Part shown: positions 53,029 to 62,532 of the stretch, in pieces
Layout of the letters: each line of letters opens with the position of its first letter
How positions within the stretch are numbered: the stretch's first letter is position 1
Source: an uncultured Alphaproteobacteria bacterium
GTDB lineage: Bacteria; Pseudomonadota; Alphaproteobacteria; Rs-D84
Assembly: GCA_947053455.1 (NCBI GenBank)
Contig: CAMRSV010000002.1
Location: forward strand, 57,502-121,501
Length of the DNA: 64,000 nt
Direction of reading: 5' to 3'
The notes under the pieces: model-generated
Database searches by the model: none
Seen by the model: the letters and a program-made list of their open reading frames with translations, nothing else
What the model was told of the DNA's origin: nothing
Program-made: the position numbers and the translations under genes

Positions 53029-54264
53029 TTATATTATTTGCTGTTCGGTCGCCGCCATACGAACAATCGGCGCAACATATTTCAATTCTGCATCACTGTG
53101 CAGGACAATTTTTTCAATCTCGCCGCGACGTGACAATATCTGCAGGCCACGATCCACCAGCGGTCGAATAAATTCGTGCAACAGGCGTCCGTATGTAGCC
53201 CCCAGTATTCGAACCATATCGGCATTTCGTGCCAGAATTTCCGTTGCTGTCATTTCTTTTTCCGACAGCAGCCCCAGTCTATCCGCCAATAACGCATGCC
53301 GAATTCGTTCACGCAAATCTTTTAGTATCAATTGCGAAACGTCAAAGTTCGCCCCCGACGCCAGTGGCGTCAGTCCCGATGAACCAACCGCCTTGGGAAT
53401 AATCGCACCAGGCGTCAAATTTATATTCGCCAGATTGATTACACCGTCATCATCAGCCTGCCATATGCCGGAAACTGCGATTGTCGCATTTTTCAAAACC
53501 AGTTCTACAACTTTGTTTGCGGTCTTGATATCTGGCAAAGCGCGCAACACAGGGCCGCGACCATAAATTTCACCACTAGCGACCGACCAACGGAATATCA
53601 AATATGGATTCGTTTCAAACCGCCCATGCGCAACAATATTGTTTTCGATATCACCACCAACATCCAGCCATGCAGTAAAGTCCTGGCCGACTAGTGCCTG
53701 AACCAGATTCAAAGGAATCTGTGGGTCTTTCTTTATTGCATCGCGAAGGCTTGCCGGGGGTGTCCATTCCGGGTACTTTTCCATGACATCTGCGGCGGGC
53801 ATTGTGGCCGTATGAAATACTGCATCTTTTAATATCGCAATATCCATCATTGGAATCGCGGTAAAAGTAAACGCAGATGCCGCACCAATCGGGTTTTCTG
53901 CCATAAAGAGGCACGCTGTACCCAATACAACCAAATCCATATAGCACTGGTGTACGGTTGTATAAAAATTGGAATCATTTAAATTCGCCCGCAATGCATC
54001 CGTCGCCTGGGCGGCATCGGGTGACTTATCACTTTCCGGCATCAGCGATATCCACATAGATTCGGGCGGCGTCAGCAACGAATACATTGATGCCGCCAGA
54101 TTGTCTGCAGCATCACTTGCCGTTGCATCAAACAGCATCGCCACATCATCATCGGCCGTTGGCATTGTATATTTTCGCGCACTTTCCCAACGGGCAAGCC
54201 ATGGCGCACGCGCATCTAACGCACGTCGATACATCTGTTGCAGATGTTTTATGTCATTTTTCAT
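53029..54264 (-). CDS. Portal / head-tail connector (T7 gp8/BPP-1-like), short
   Basis: FDATA..A..LA, SNFY....Y.DL..LGT, RW...GE.YGRGP..ALPD, MTATE...R, LG.TYGRL..E. Confidence 0.9.
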   Translation of the reverse strand: MKNDIKHLQQMYRRALDARAPWLARWESARKYTMPTADDDVAMLFDATASDAADNLAASMYSLLTPPESMWISLMPESDKSPDAAQATDALRANLNDSNFYTTVHQCYMDLVVLGTACLFMAENPIGAASAFTFTAIPMMDIAILKDAVFHTATMPAADVMEKYPEWTPPASLRDAIKKDPQIPLNLVQALVGQDFTAWLDVGGDIENNIVAHGRFETNPYLIFRWSVASGEIYGRGPVLRALPDIKTANKVVELVLKNATIAVSGIWQADDDGVINLANINLTPGAIIPKAVGSSGLTPLASGANFDVSQLILKDLRERIRHALLADRLGLLSEKEMTATEILARNADMVRILGATYGRLLHEFIRPLVDRGLQILSRRGEIEKIVLHSDAELKYVAPIVRMAATEQQII

Positions 54265-54283
54265 ATATTCTCCTTTTTTTCCT

Positions 54284-54450
54284 TTGCAAAGAAATATTGT
54301 TTGTATTTATGATTCCCTCATCACCGGCAATTCCGGCAACGGGGCGTGGAAACCCGATAATCAGCATCGCAAACACAATTACCGATTAGTTGTCTCCAAT
54401 CTCCTGACCGTCAAAAACAACGGTTTTAGTTTGATAAAAACCAGGAGTTT
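54284..54450 (+). ncRNA. Degenerate c4-like structured RNA, antisense to the virion operon
   Basis: TTGCAA..TATGAT promoter; CCGG-CAATT-CCGG and CGGG-GCGTGGAAA-CCCG hairpins; CTCCTG..CAGGAG stem. Confidence 0.35.
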
Positions 54451-54520
54451 GAAAATGAAAAAACTGTTTGTTATTTATTGCTATAATACCTTTGGTAGCA
54501 GCAGTGAATACAAATATTCA

Positions 54521-55369
54521 TCATAATTTAAACTTGGTATTCGCCTGTATCGGGCGCGATATAAATCCGCGCGCATGCACCGCAGTAAATTCGGCGCATA
54601 TCGCACCCGCCACCGCGTCCAGCCCGTCGTCATGCGTTGTCGCCCCCACCGGCATCCAGCCAATCATTTCGGCTATCAGTGGGGTTTGCGTGACGCGACG
54701 GTGCGCATGCAGCCGCCCGGTTGTCAAAACCGGTTCAATCGCATTCAATATTCTGTCCGCCTTGTTTGCGTGATTTGCGATTTTATTCACAACAACAGAC
54801 GCACCGCGCCGCATTGCCACGTCCCGCATTATTTCCGGCAACGCATTCCCAATTCCGTTTGTTTCAATTGTTATTCTGCGCATATGATGGCGTGCCATAA
54901 ATTCCAAAACCATTTCACATTGGCGTGCAAGTGGATGCAATTCTTCGTCCCCAACAACCAGATACAGCACATCATGAATATATATATGCCGGTTTTTATC
55001 ATCACGGTATATCATGACGCAAACGCTGCCGTCGGATTTTTTCCGTCCCGACGACGGGTCCCAGTAAATTGCCGCCCCGGTCATTGACGCGCCGTCTATC
55101 TTTGCGGTACGCAAATCAAATTCGGCGTCATAGATATCCAACGCATCCGGATCCAGACGCGCCCTGTCAGGCGCAATGTATTCCAGCATCATCTGCGCGG
55201 CAAAGTGACGCGGCCCCACCACTTCGCGCAGTTGCGCGATTGCCGACGGCGGAAATTTTTCAGGCCACGCCGGGTTTCCGGCCGCATCCGCTATCGGAAT
55301 TTTTAATTTCTGATACCCTTGCAAAAAAGGCGTTGAAAAAGCAAAATTTTCATATACTATATCTGACAT
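54521..55369 (-). CDS. Terminase large subunit, C-terminal nuclease half (282 aa from MSDIV)
   Basis: AWPEKF, F.AQ.M, YWDPS.G..SD.S, IETNG.G, K..RI..IEP, HDDGLDA: RNase H-like terminase nuclease motifs. Confidence 0.85.
   Translation of the reverse strand: MSDIVYENFAFSTPFLQGYQKLKIPIADAAGNPAWPEKFPPSAIAQLREVVGPRHFAAQMMLEYIAPDRARLDPDALDIYDAEFDLRTAKIDGASMTGAAIYWDPSSGRKKSDGSVCVMIYRDDKNRHIYIHDVLYLVVGDEELHPLARQCEMVLEFMARHHMRRITIETNGIGNALPEIMRDVAMRRGASVVVNKIANHANKADRILNAIEPVLTTGRLHAHRRVTQTPLIAEMIGWMPVGATTHDDGLDAVAGAICAEFTAVHARGFISRPIQANTKFKL
55333..55360 (+). promoter_or_regulatory. Putative sigma70 promoter for leaderless dnaB, inside the terminase-C coding sequence
   Basis: TTGAAA-16-TACTAT ending 7 nt before the dnaB ATG; no SD. 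Confidence 0.45.
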
Positions 55370-56918
55370 GGACTTTACTCCAAAAAATTTGCCCACAAAT
55401 CTGGAAGCGGAACAGGCAGTTCTGGCCGCCGTATTAATGAACAACCGTGCGTTGGAACGCGTATCGGAATTTCTAAAGGCCGAACATTTCTCGCACCCCG
55501 CACACCAGGAAATTTATAAACTTGCCGAACGTCAGTTCTCGGCGGGAATACCATTTGATATAATCACCGCAAAAAATTACCTGGAACAACAGGGTACGCT
55601 GGAATCGGTCGGTGGGGTTGATTACCTGGCGGAATTATCCGGGGCGGGTGCGACTGTTGTTAACGTAGAACAATACGGCCGCATAGTTTATGAGAACGCC
55701 CTGCGACGCGATTTAATAAACCTGGGGCAATCAATAACCGATAATGCCTTTATAGAAGACTTGGACAATCCTGTTTCGCGCCAAATTGAAATGGCGGAAC
55801 AAAAACTGTTCGAAATGGCCACGGCCGGCGCATCGGAACGCGAAATATCGTCAATCGCAACCGCATTGCAATCCGCCCTGCAAGAGGCGGAAATCGCCTA
55901 CAAGGCTGACGGTCAGCTATCTGGTCTGACAACGGGACTGACGGCATTGGACAAATCAATTAGCGGCCTGCACCATTCCGATTTGATTATCATCGCGGGA
56001 CGCCCGGCCATGGGTAAAACAACATTGGCGATGAACATCGCATTTAATGCGGCATCGGCAATATCATATGGCCGCGCGAACCCACAATACAAGGGCGCCG
56101 TTGCATTTTTCAGTCTTGAAATGTCATCATCCCAATTGGCCGCACGCGTTTTGTCATCACAATCCAAGATTCCCGCCTCTGCAATGCGCGAAGGGAACCT
56201 TACCGACGAAGACATGTTGAAAATGTCCCAGTATTCCAATGCAATTGGTAATGTGCCGCTATATATCGACGACACACCGGGAATGTCCGTACCGATGATT
56301 CGCACACGTGCGCGCCGCCTTGCCCGAAAATGCGGCGGAATCGCATTGATTGTAATCGACTATCTGCAGCTTATGACGTCACCGGGTGGCAAACGCAACG
56401 ACAACCGCGTTCAGGAAATTTCCGAAATCACCCGCGGCCTTAAAATGCTGGCCAAGGAATTGGATGTGCCTGTAATCGCCCTGTCCCAGTTGTCGCGCAG
56501 TGTTGAATCCCGCGACGATAAGCGTCCACAGTTGGCCGATTTGCGCGAATCCGGTTCTATTGAGCAGGACGCCGACATCGTCATGTTCACATACCGCGAA
56601 GAATACTATCTGGAAAACCGCGACCCGTCACAGAGGCTGTCGGGCAACGCAAATGCAAACATTATTGAAAGTTACAACAAACGTTTGGAACGTGCCCGTG
56701 ACCGCGCCGACATTATTATCGGTAAAAACCGCCATGGCCGCCCAGAAACTGTTCGCACCGCATTCTATGGCAATTACAGTCTGTTTGATAATCTGGACGA
56801 AATGGAGGCACGCGGTCAAAACCCATTTGATAACGCCCCCACCGCCACACCCCAGGCGCCGATTGACCAAATTGAAACTTTTGACGCCTCTGCAATTCCG
56901 GACGATATGGATTTGTAA
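55368..56918 (+). CDS. dnaB: Replicative DNA helicase, host (alphaproteobacterial) type
   Basis: P.N.EAEQ.VL, AGRPAMGKT, FSLEMS, IDYLQL, LSQLSR, DLRESGSIEQDAD, KNRHG. Confidence 0.97.
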   Translation: MDFTPKNLPTNLEAEQAVLAAVLMNNRALERVSEFLKAEHFSHPAHQEIYKLAERQFSAGIPFDIITAKNYLEQQGTLESVGGVDYLAELSGAGATVVNVEQYGRIVYENALRRDLINLGQSITDNAFIEDLDNPVSRQIEMAEQKLFEMATAGASEREISSIATALQSALQEAEIAYKADGQLSGLTTGLTALDKSISGLHHSDLIIIAGRPAMGKTTLAMNIAFNAASAISYGRANPQYKGAVAFFSLEMSSSQLAARVLSSQSKIPASAMREGNLTDEDMLKMSQYSNAIGNVPLYIDDTPGMSVPMIRTRARRLARKCGGIALIVIDYLQLMTSPGGKRNDNRVQEISEITRGLKMLAKELDVPVIALSQLSRSVESRDDKRPQLADLRESGSIEQDADIVMFTYREEYYLENRDPSQRLSGNANANIIESYNKRLERARDRADIIIGKNRHGRPETVRTAFYGNYSLFDNLDEMEARGQNPFDNAPTATPQAPIDQIETFDASAIPDDMDL

Positions 56919-56982
56919 TTATTTTCTTGCGTCATCTTTAATTTTTGACTAATATTTTGTCAAGATATTAAGGAGGTTTGCA

Positions 56983-57990
56983 ATGGCCCAAGAAGAAATA
57001 ATTTTTCCAAATAACATTAGAAACATTCGTCTGTCGCGCGGCATGAAAATGACCGAGCTGGCACGTCGTTCAAATTTATCGTTGTCTGCTGTTTCAAAAA
57101 TTGAAAAAGGGGTTCGCCGCCTTAATCAAAAACAATTGTTAAATATTTGCAATATTTTGGGATGCAAACTATCCGACATATTCATCAAGGAAAATGATGA
57201 TGTCGCCGACCAGTGGCAAAATGAAATAAAGCGCAGACTTACCGACAACGAAGACAGTGGTCTTAAAATATTCGGTAGCGGGTTACGCAAAATTCGCCAA
57301 CAGACCGGGAAAACCATCGCGCAGGCGGCTCGTGATGCCGGCATGACACTGTCTGTTTATCACAAGATAGAAGTCGGTCAACGCGAAGTTTATGAAAACG
57401 AAATCGAACCATTGGCGAAATCATTTGCCATGAATGTTGAAACAATGTTTGATAAAGTCGCGAACCTGTATAAATCCGGCGAATTGAACAAACAAATCAG
57501 CAAGGTTAAAGAACGCGTCAAATCAGTATTAGTTCCCGGGAACCCGATGTCTAGTCTTGATATGCATGGCGGGCTGTACGGCGCAAAATTATATGACAGC
57601 GCACGCAAAAAACTGGTTCCGGTATTTGGTACCCCAGAAGGCAAGGCAATCACATTCAAGAAATCGGACGGCACAATGATTGTTGCCCCAATCGCATTGG
57701 AGGGGCGCAACGGAATTTACGCTGTTGTTCCAAATTCAAAAAGACTGGGCGGATTTATTCCCGAATCATCATATGTGTTTGCGGACGCTTTGACTGCGCC
57801 GGCGGCCGGTGACATGGCGGTATGCATTGACGCTGACTTTGACGCAATGGACGCAGACACGGCGGCAACGGCACAAATTGTCATGGTAAAATCTGATAGC
57901 AAGGGCAAACTTTACGGCCAGGTTTCATCACCGGATGAAAAAATTATCGGCAAAACCATGCACAAGGTAATAATGATTGTGATGGAATAA
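56983..57990 (+). CDS. Tandem-HTH XRE regulator with degenerate S24/CI-like C-terminus
   Basis: Two XRE HTH domains (NNIRNIR..ELARRS..SAVSKIEKG; LRKIR..AARDAG..YHKIEVG); VPVFG, YAV, GD.AV; lacks GDSM; AAGGAGG RBS. Confidence 0.8.
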   Translation: MAQEEIIFPNNIRNIRLSRGMKMTELARRSNLSLSAVSKIEKGVRRLNQKQLLNICNILGCKLSDIFIKENDDVADQWQNEIKRRLTDNEDSGLKIFGSGLRKIRQQTGKTIAQAARDAGMTLSVYHKIEVGQREVYENEIEPLAKSFAMNVETMFDKVANLYKSGELNKQISKVKERVKSVLVPGNPMSSLDMHGGLYGAKLYDSARKKLVPVFGTPEGKAITFKKSDGTMIVAPIALEGRNGIYAVVPNSKRLGGFIPESSYVFADALTAPAAGDMAVCIDADFDAMDADTAATAQIVMVKSDSKGKLYGQVSSPDEKIIGKTMHKVIMIVME

Positions 57991-58012
57991 ACAACCACGG
58001 GAGGGGGACGTC

Positions 58013-58690
58013 ATGCTAGCAAAGGCCAGCGTTATCGCGCAACGGTTATTAAACCTTTATCGCCAAGAACATGTAATTTTTGGCGGATGGGCGGCAATAA
58101 ACCCAATATTTGTTGCGGACGCAACCCCCGATGTGATGGCGGAATTGCGGCAAATGCCAACGGGCAAAATATTACTGCGCCATATTGAAAACCTGCGAAG
58201 TGGTAAAACCCCCATGGACACAATTGAACGTGATTTGCTGCCCTATGGCGGATTAATGACAGAATCTGTTGCCACAATAACACTTACACCAGCTGAATGG
58301 AACGAACTGGAACGCGGTCTTGATAATTTTACACCTGATCAGTCTGGACTGGACGCAATTGAAAATATGGACGTTGTAAAAAAATTCGGCGATCAATGGC
58401 TGGTCGCAATTCGCGCGGCACTGAATGCAAAACCGTACCTGCTGGAAAAATGGTCTGCTGTTAGCCAAACATACCGGGCGTATTATCTTTGGAAAGTCGC
58501 CAGCGACATGATTAATCAACCGCTTACCGAACGTGCCCGTGCACAATTACAGGCAGATATGCCGGAATATGAAACATACCTGCCAATGTTCGGGGATGCG
58601 GGAACAGAACTGCTGTCAAAATTGCGACTTGCAATTAGCGGCGTAAAACATACCTCACAATCTGATGACACAGTATTTGGCGGCAACTAG
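58013..58690 (+). CDS. Hypothetical protein, third gene of the dnaB operon
   Basis: 225 aa ORF with GGAGG RBS. Confidence 0.75.
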   Translation: MLAKASVIAQRLLNLYRQEHVIFGGWAAINPIFVADATPDVMAELRQMPTGKILLRHIENLRSGKTPMDTIERDLLPYGGLMTESVATITLTPAEWNELERGLDNFTPDQSGLDAIENMDVVKKFGDQWLVAIRAALNAKPYLLEKWSAVSQTYRAYYLWKVASDMINQPLTERARAQLQADMPEYETYLPMFGDAGTELLSKLRLAISGVKHTSQSDDTVFGGN

Positions 58691-59292
58691 TCCCCTTGAC
58701 CCGTGCGATATATAGTATCCATTGTATGCGGGGTACCGATATAAATCATGGCACCTGTGGGCGATAATATAAAATCCAATTCGCGCAGACGTTCACGCAT
58801 ATTTTCACGCTTTTGTGCGGTATTGCACGTATTGGGAACTTCTATATCATCACAAATGATTAAGTCCGCACGCATTCCAGTTATGTTTCCGGAAATGCCC
58901 TGACATATTACAGACGGTTCGCGAATGCCTATTGGTCGGTTCACAGTGATACGCCCCGCGGCCCATTCCCGCTTTACCTGGGGGACTAAATCCACACACC
59001 GTGGATGATTTTCCAATATATTGCGGATATGCGAGACCATTCGTGACGCCAGCCCACTTTCCGCCGATAAAATCAATATCCGCGTTTCAGGCCGCATATA
59101 TAAAACACATGCGGCAAAAATTCCGACAACTGTTGATTTACCAGAATGACGAAACGCGGTTAATAATCCGCGGTGCGGCGCATCACACCAAATATGCACC
59201 AAAAAATCCATAATCTGCTGATGATGTCTGGGCGTTGTCATTGCCAAAAGACTATTCCATTCGTCCAGAAATTTATAAAACTCCGTAATCAT
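58687..59292 (-). CDS. Terminase large subunit, N-terminal ATPase half
   Basis: Walker A AFRHSGKS; ITG.RAD; Walker B LIICDDIE; motif III YIGTPH..TIY directly before the stop. Confidence 0.88.
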   Translation of the reverse strand: MITEFYKFLDEWNSLLAMTTPRHHQQIMDFLVHIWCDAPHRGLLTAFRHSGKSTVVGIFAACVLYMRPETRILILSAESGLASRMVSHIRNILENHPRCVDLVPQVKREWAAGRITVNRPIGIREPSVICQGISGNITGMRADLIICDDIEVPNTCNTAQKRENMRERLRELDFILSPTGAMIYIGTPHTMDTIYRTGQGD

Positions 59293-59833
59293 CGCAATTT
59301 TCGTTTGGCGCCGGTTCTGTTATACTGCCATAGTCATTTATTAGTTGCGGCAATGCATTTGCCAAAACTTGTAGCAGATTATTATACAGCCCCAGTACAC
59401 CGCCCCCGGATAATTTGTCTTCGATTAAATTTACCGTATAATCCAGAAACTGCTTTATATTGTCATGAGTATTCGCCCATTCGGTCAAATCAACATCAAT
59501 ACTGCGCAAATCACGCAACGCATCTAACAAAAAGTTAAAATCAGAGTTCAAATGTTCCGGATCTATCTTGGCGGTTGGCTGATAATCAACAACCCGTGAC
59601 AAGGCGACTTTGCGGAAAATATCAATATGCGCACCTTCAATTGGTGCATTCAAGATAACAACATTGCCACCATTGAACTCATCATTTGGATATACGGCAT
59701 ATTCATCGTCCCTCAACAGTTTATCATCAATACTAACGTGAACATCGGCGGCCTGAAAGAATGGAAACGCGAACAAGAACTCATTCGTTTCACCATCTCC
59801 GATATATGAAATTTTGTACATTTCATCCCCCAA
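59273..59833 (-). CDS. T7 gp17-like tail-fibre anchor (short)
   Basis: Y.GDG...F.F.FPF....V.V, I.R, DY, E.LN.D pattern; ends DYGSI..DDYG. Confidence 0.75.
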   Translation of the reverse strand: MGDEMYKISYIGDGETNEFLFAFPFFQAADVHVSIDDKLLRDDEYAVYPNDEFNGGNVVILNAPIEGAHIDIFRKVALSRVVDYQPTAKIDPEHLNSDFNFLLDALRDLRSIDVDLTEWANTHDNIKQFLDYTVNLIEDKLSGGGVLGLYNNLLQVLANALPQLINDYGSITEPAPNENCDDYGVL

Positions 59834-60181
59834 TTATCCGATTAACGAATCAAAGCGCCCCAACAACGATTTCAGCAAATTCGGCTTTTGAACTTTTATC
59901 TTGCTCAATTTTTCCAAATTGTTTCGCCGTTTTTCATTATACGGTTCTTCTATTTCGGATTTTAAGCGTTTTAGAACCACACCTTCGGTAACACCGGAAT
60001 TAGACATTCCGGACGCACCGTATTTTGCGCGCTGTGCGGCCAGATTCTTTTTTACCAAATTGACCTTGGCCTTTTCGTCTGCCGCCATTTGCTCCAGAAC
60101 TTTCTGGCGTTCGTTTTTAGCTTCTTTTTTAGCTTTTTTATAATCCAATATATTTGTAACATCTGATATAGTTTGCCCCAT
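59834..60181 (-). CDS. Putative internal virion protein
   Basis: QRA.YGASG motif; position after tail tube B. Confidence 0.55.
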   Translation of the reverse strand: MGQTISDVTNILDYKKAKKEAKNERQKVLEQMAADEKAKVNLVKKNLAAQRAKYGASGMSNSGVTEGVVLKRLKSEIEEPYNEKRRNNLEKLSKIKVQKPNLLKSLLGRFDSLIG

Positions 60182-60200
60182 TTTTTACTCCTTTTTAGAA

Positions 60201-61913
60201 TTAAACGGTATACCGTCCGTTAATCGTTACGGACAATATGGTCGCCGGCAACTGCTCATCACTGTGAATGGTCCATGATGCCGACATGCAATCATATTGC
60301 GTTCCCAAGCAGTTTATGGATACGTCACCGGAAAATCCGGCGGCGCCTGTTTCATAAATGCGGTCCGGCAATACTACGCGTTCGCCATTTATAAATATTG
60401 TTTTAGTATCTAAAACACGCGCAGATATTTTTCGCAACCGTATGCGTGACACACTATGTCCGCCTGCATGCATCGGCAATGCGGATGCCCGAAAAGAAAA
60501 ATTATATTGCCCGGCATCTTTAAGTGCACCTTCGGCAAATTTTTCTATTAAAAACACCTTGTCACGTTCAACAATAACATATGTTTCGCCATCCATAACG
60601 GCGACGGCTTTGAATTGTCCACTGGTTTTATAACGCCCCCACGCTGAAATGCCCAATGCGGAATTCTGGTTAAGTACAGCCATTGCCCCATCTGCCATAA
60701 CTACAAACAATTGGCGCGTTTTGTCGTTATACGCAGCATCGACGGGATTGTTCATCAGATGCTTTGAGAACGCGCACAAATCATTTGCATTATAATTTTC
60801 CCCCAACTCATCCAGACTTAATTCACGAATATCCTTTTGACTGGCGGAAATAAAAACTGTTGCGCCTTCTATCTTTTGCGGCGGCAGATAACGCGATGCG
60901 ACACTACCGACGGACGTGTGCTGCTTTATATCCACTGCCGACGGCGTAAGGGGTTTGTTTGATATGGCCCATTCGCCAACCGTGGTCAATATCTGCAGGT
61001 TTTCACTGCTAACAACTGTACAGATTTGCTGGCGCTGCTGTGATAATAGGGTGATGAATATCGCTTCATCATCAAGGCCGGTTCCAATATTAAAATTCGT
61101 ATGCCGTCCAACCTGTGACATCCAAACGCCACTGGGCCATGTCTTGGAACCACCGAAAACCAATCTATCCTGGTGAAAGGTGATACTGCACGGCCAACCA
61201 CGCCTGTTACTGAATGCAGATTCGCGCCAATCAGATACGGGTCCAGATGGCAAACTGTATGTACCGTTTGTATACGCTACGACACGTGTCGGACTTTCGT
61301 ACGAATTAATTATCCACTGTTTGCCCTGCATCTGCAGGCGTGAGCCAACACTATCGGCTGTCCAAAAACTTTTGTTAGTGGTAAGGTTCGCAAAATTATT
61401 CCCAGATGCCGTACTTATCGTGATTGTGACCCCTTCGGAATCATCAAACCGCATAAACGGCATATTCAAAGTCATGTCGGAATCATTACGTGCAAATCCG
61501 AACGGGGTTAATTTAAACTCGTTACCATTTTTGGACAGTGTCTGCGGCTGATAATCCGGATGAACAAAAATTATCGTTCCAAATCTTTGCGCATACTGCA
61601 GGCGCCCCAAATCCTCCTTGCTCCATGGTGCCAGTATACTTTTTATACGAACACCATCGGAATAAACACCAATGTTTGTTTCACTCAAGACCAGCAAATA
61701 ATTCTCATCTTCCTGTACAGAAAATGGAATCAGGCGCCTTGCCCCCCAGGCTGTAGCCACCGACACTGTGCCGCGTCGACGCGTTAAACCACCACCGGAC
61801 AAAACATCCATATTTTCTAGAAATGAAACCCCGCGTATATCATCACGCGCAAAAAATTCCGGGGCAATTTCGCCATATGCGAATGAATTTTGTGTTTTCA
61901 TAAAATCTGCCAT
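60201..61913 (-). CDS. Tail tubular protein B / nozzle (T7 gp12-like)
   Basis: Q.SF..GEI.P, N....GG..RR.GT, RLIPF, GWP....FHQ.RL.FGG, W.S..G...NF..G. Confidence 0.85.
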   Translation of the reverse strand: MADFMKTQNSFAYGEIAPEFFARDDIRGVSFLENMDVLSGGGLTRRRGTVSVATAWGARRLIPFSVQEDENYLLVLSETNIGVYSDGVRIKSILAPWSKEDLGRLQYAQRFGTIIFVHPDYQPQTLSKNGNEFKLTPFGFARNDSDMTLNMPFMRFDDSEGVTITISTASGNNFANLTTNKSFWTADSVGSRLQMQGKQWIINSYESPTRVVAYTNGTYSLPSGPVSDWRESAFSNRRGWPCSITFHQDRLVFGGSKTWPSGVWMSQVGRHTNFNIGTGLDDEAIFITLLSQQRQQICTVVSSENLQILTTVGEWAISNKPLTPSAVDIKQHTSVGSVASRYLPPQKIEGATVFISASQKDIRELSLDELGENYNANDLCAFSKHLMNNPVDAAYNDKTRQLFVVMADGAMAVLNQNSALGISAWGRYKTSGQFKAVAVMDGETYVIVERDKVFLIEKFAEGALKDAGQYNFSFRASALPMHAGGHSVSRIRLRKISARVLDTKTIFINGERVVLPDRIYETGAAGFSGDVSINCLGTQYDCMSASWTIHSDEQLPATILSVTINGRYTV

Positions 61914-61928
61914 AAAAAATCCCCTATA

Positions 61929-62459
61929 TTAAAAGCGCGTGTTTATAAGTGAAAAGGCACCAATCTCCGCCCCTGGTGACGTCGTGCTGTCTATAAATTT
62001 GGCGGACTGCATTTCAGATTCATACAGTGCGACAAGCATTCTGAACACAGTCTGGTCACCAGTCAAAGGTATGCAAAATTCCATTGCCAATTTTGTCGCG
62101 GCAAGCGATGCAAAATAACTGGGAAAATTTTCAACCGGAACGCGCACAACTGCTGAAATTTGTGCCGTATCAGACTTGACCACGACCTTGTTTCCTATAA
62201 TTTGTCCGTCGCATTTCAAGATACGAATGCAATCGGCTGGAATTAAAAAATCGCCATCGGCATTTTTTACCAAATCAATATTTCGCCTGGCAAATCGCCA
62301 TGGATGCGACGCAATCAATGCATCAACCACCGGATCAAACAGCGTGCGCGCCAAACGCGACGCCGCGCTGTCATCACTTAAAGACTGCACCGGTTGTTCG
62401 CCAAGTTTCAGCAGCGCCATTGAACACAAATCTATTTTGGTAAGCATTTTTGCCCCCAT
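61929..62459 (-). CDS. Tail tubular protein A / adaptor (T7 gp11-like)
   Basis: DLCS.AL..LG..P..SL, HPW.FA, P.DC.R, F...A..LA. Confidence 0.85.
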   Translation of the reverse strand: MGAKMLTKIDLCSMALLKLGEQPVQSLSDDSAASRLARTLFDPVVDALIASHPWRFARRNIDLVKNADGDFLIPADCIRILKCDGQIIGNKVVVKSDTAQISAVVRVPVENFPSYFASLAATKLAMEFCIPLTGDQTVFRMLVALYESEMQSAKFIDSTTSPGAEIGAFSLINTRF

Positions 62460-62473
62460 TGTTTATCAAGTAC

Positions 62474-62510
62474 AACAAACGGGCCACCGACATAACGACG
62501 GCGACCCGAC
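62474..62510 (-). terminator. Hairpin after the capsid genes (partial terminator)
   Basis: CGGGTCGCCG..CGGTGGCCCG followed by TTTGTTG on the minus strand. Confidence 0.5.
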
Positions 62511-62532
62511 ACAAAAAACCAATTGTTACGCG

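Noticed and set aside
55370-55444. 25-aa N-terminal extension of terminase-C given in the ORF track
   Set aside because: Lies antisense within dnaB and shows no terminase motifs; ATG at 55369 preferred
55350-58725. Excisable intervening element (skin-like) that would rejoin the terminase
   Set aside because: Only weak junction similarity (GATACTATATAT vs GATATAGTATAT) and no recombinase in the insert; not supportable, though a junction PCR would settle it
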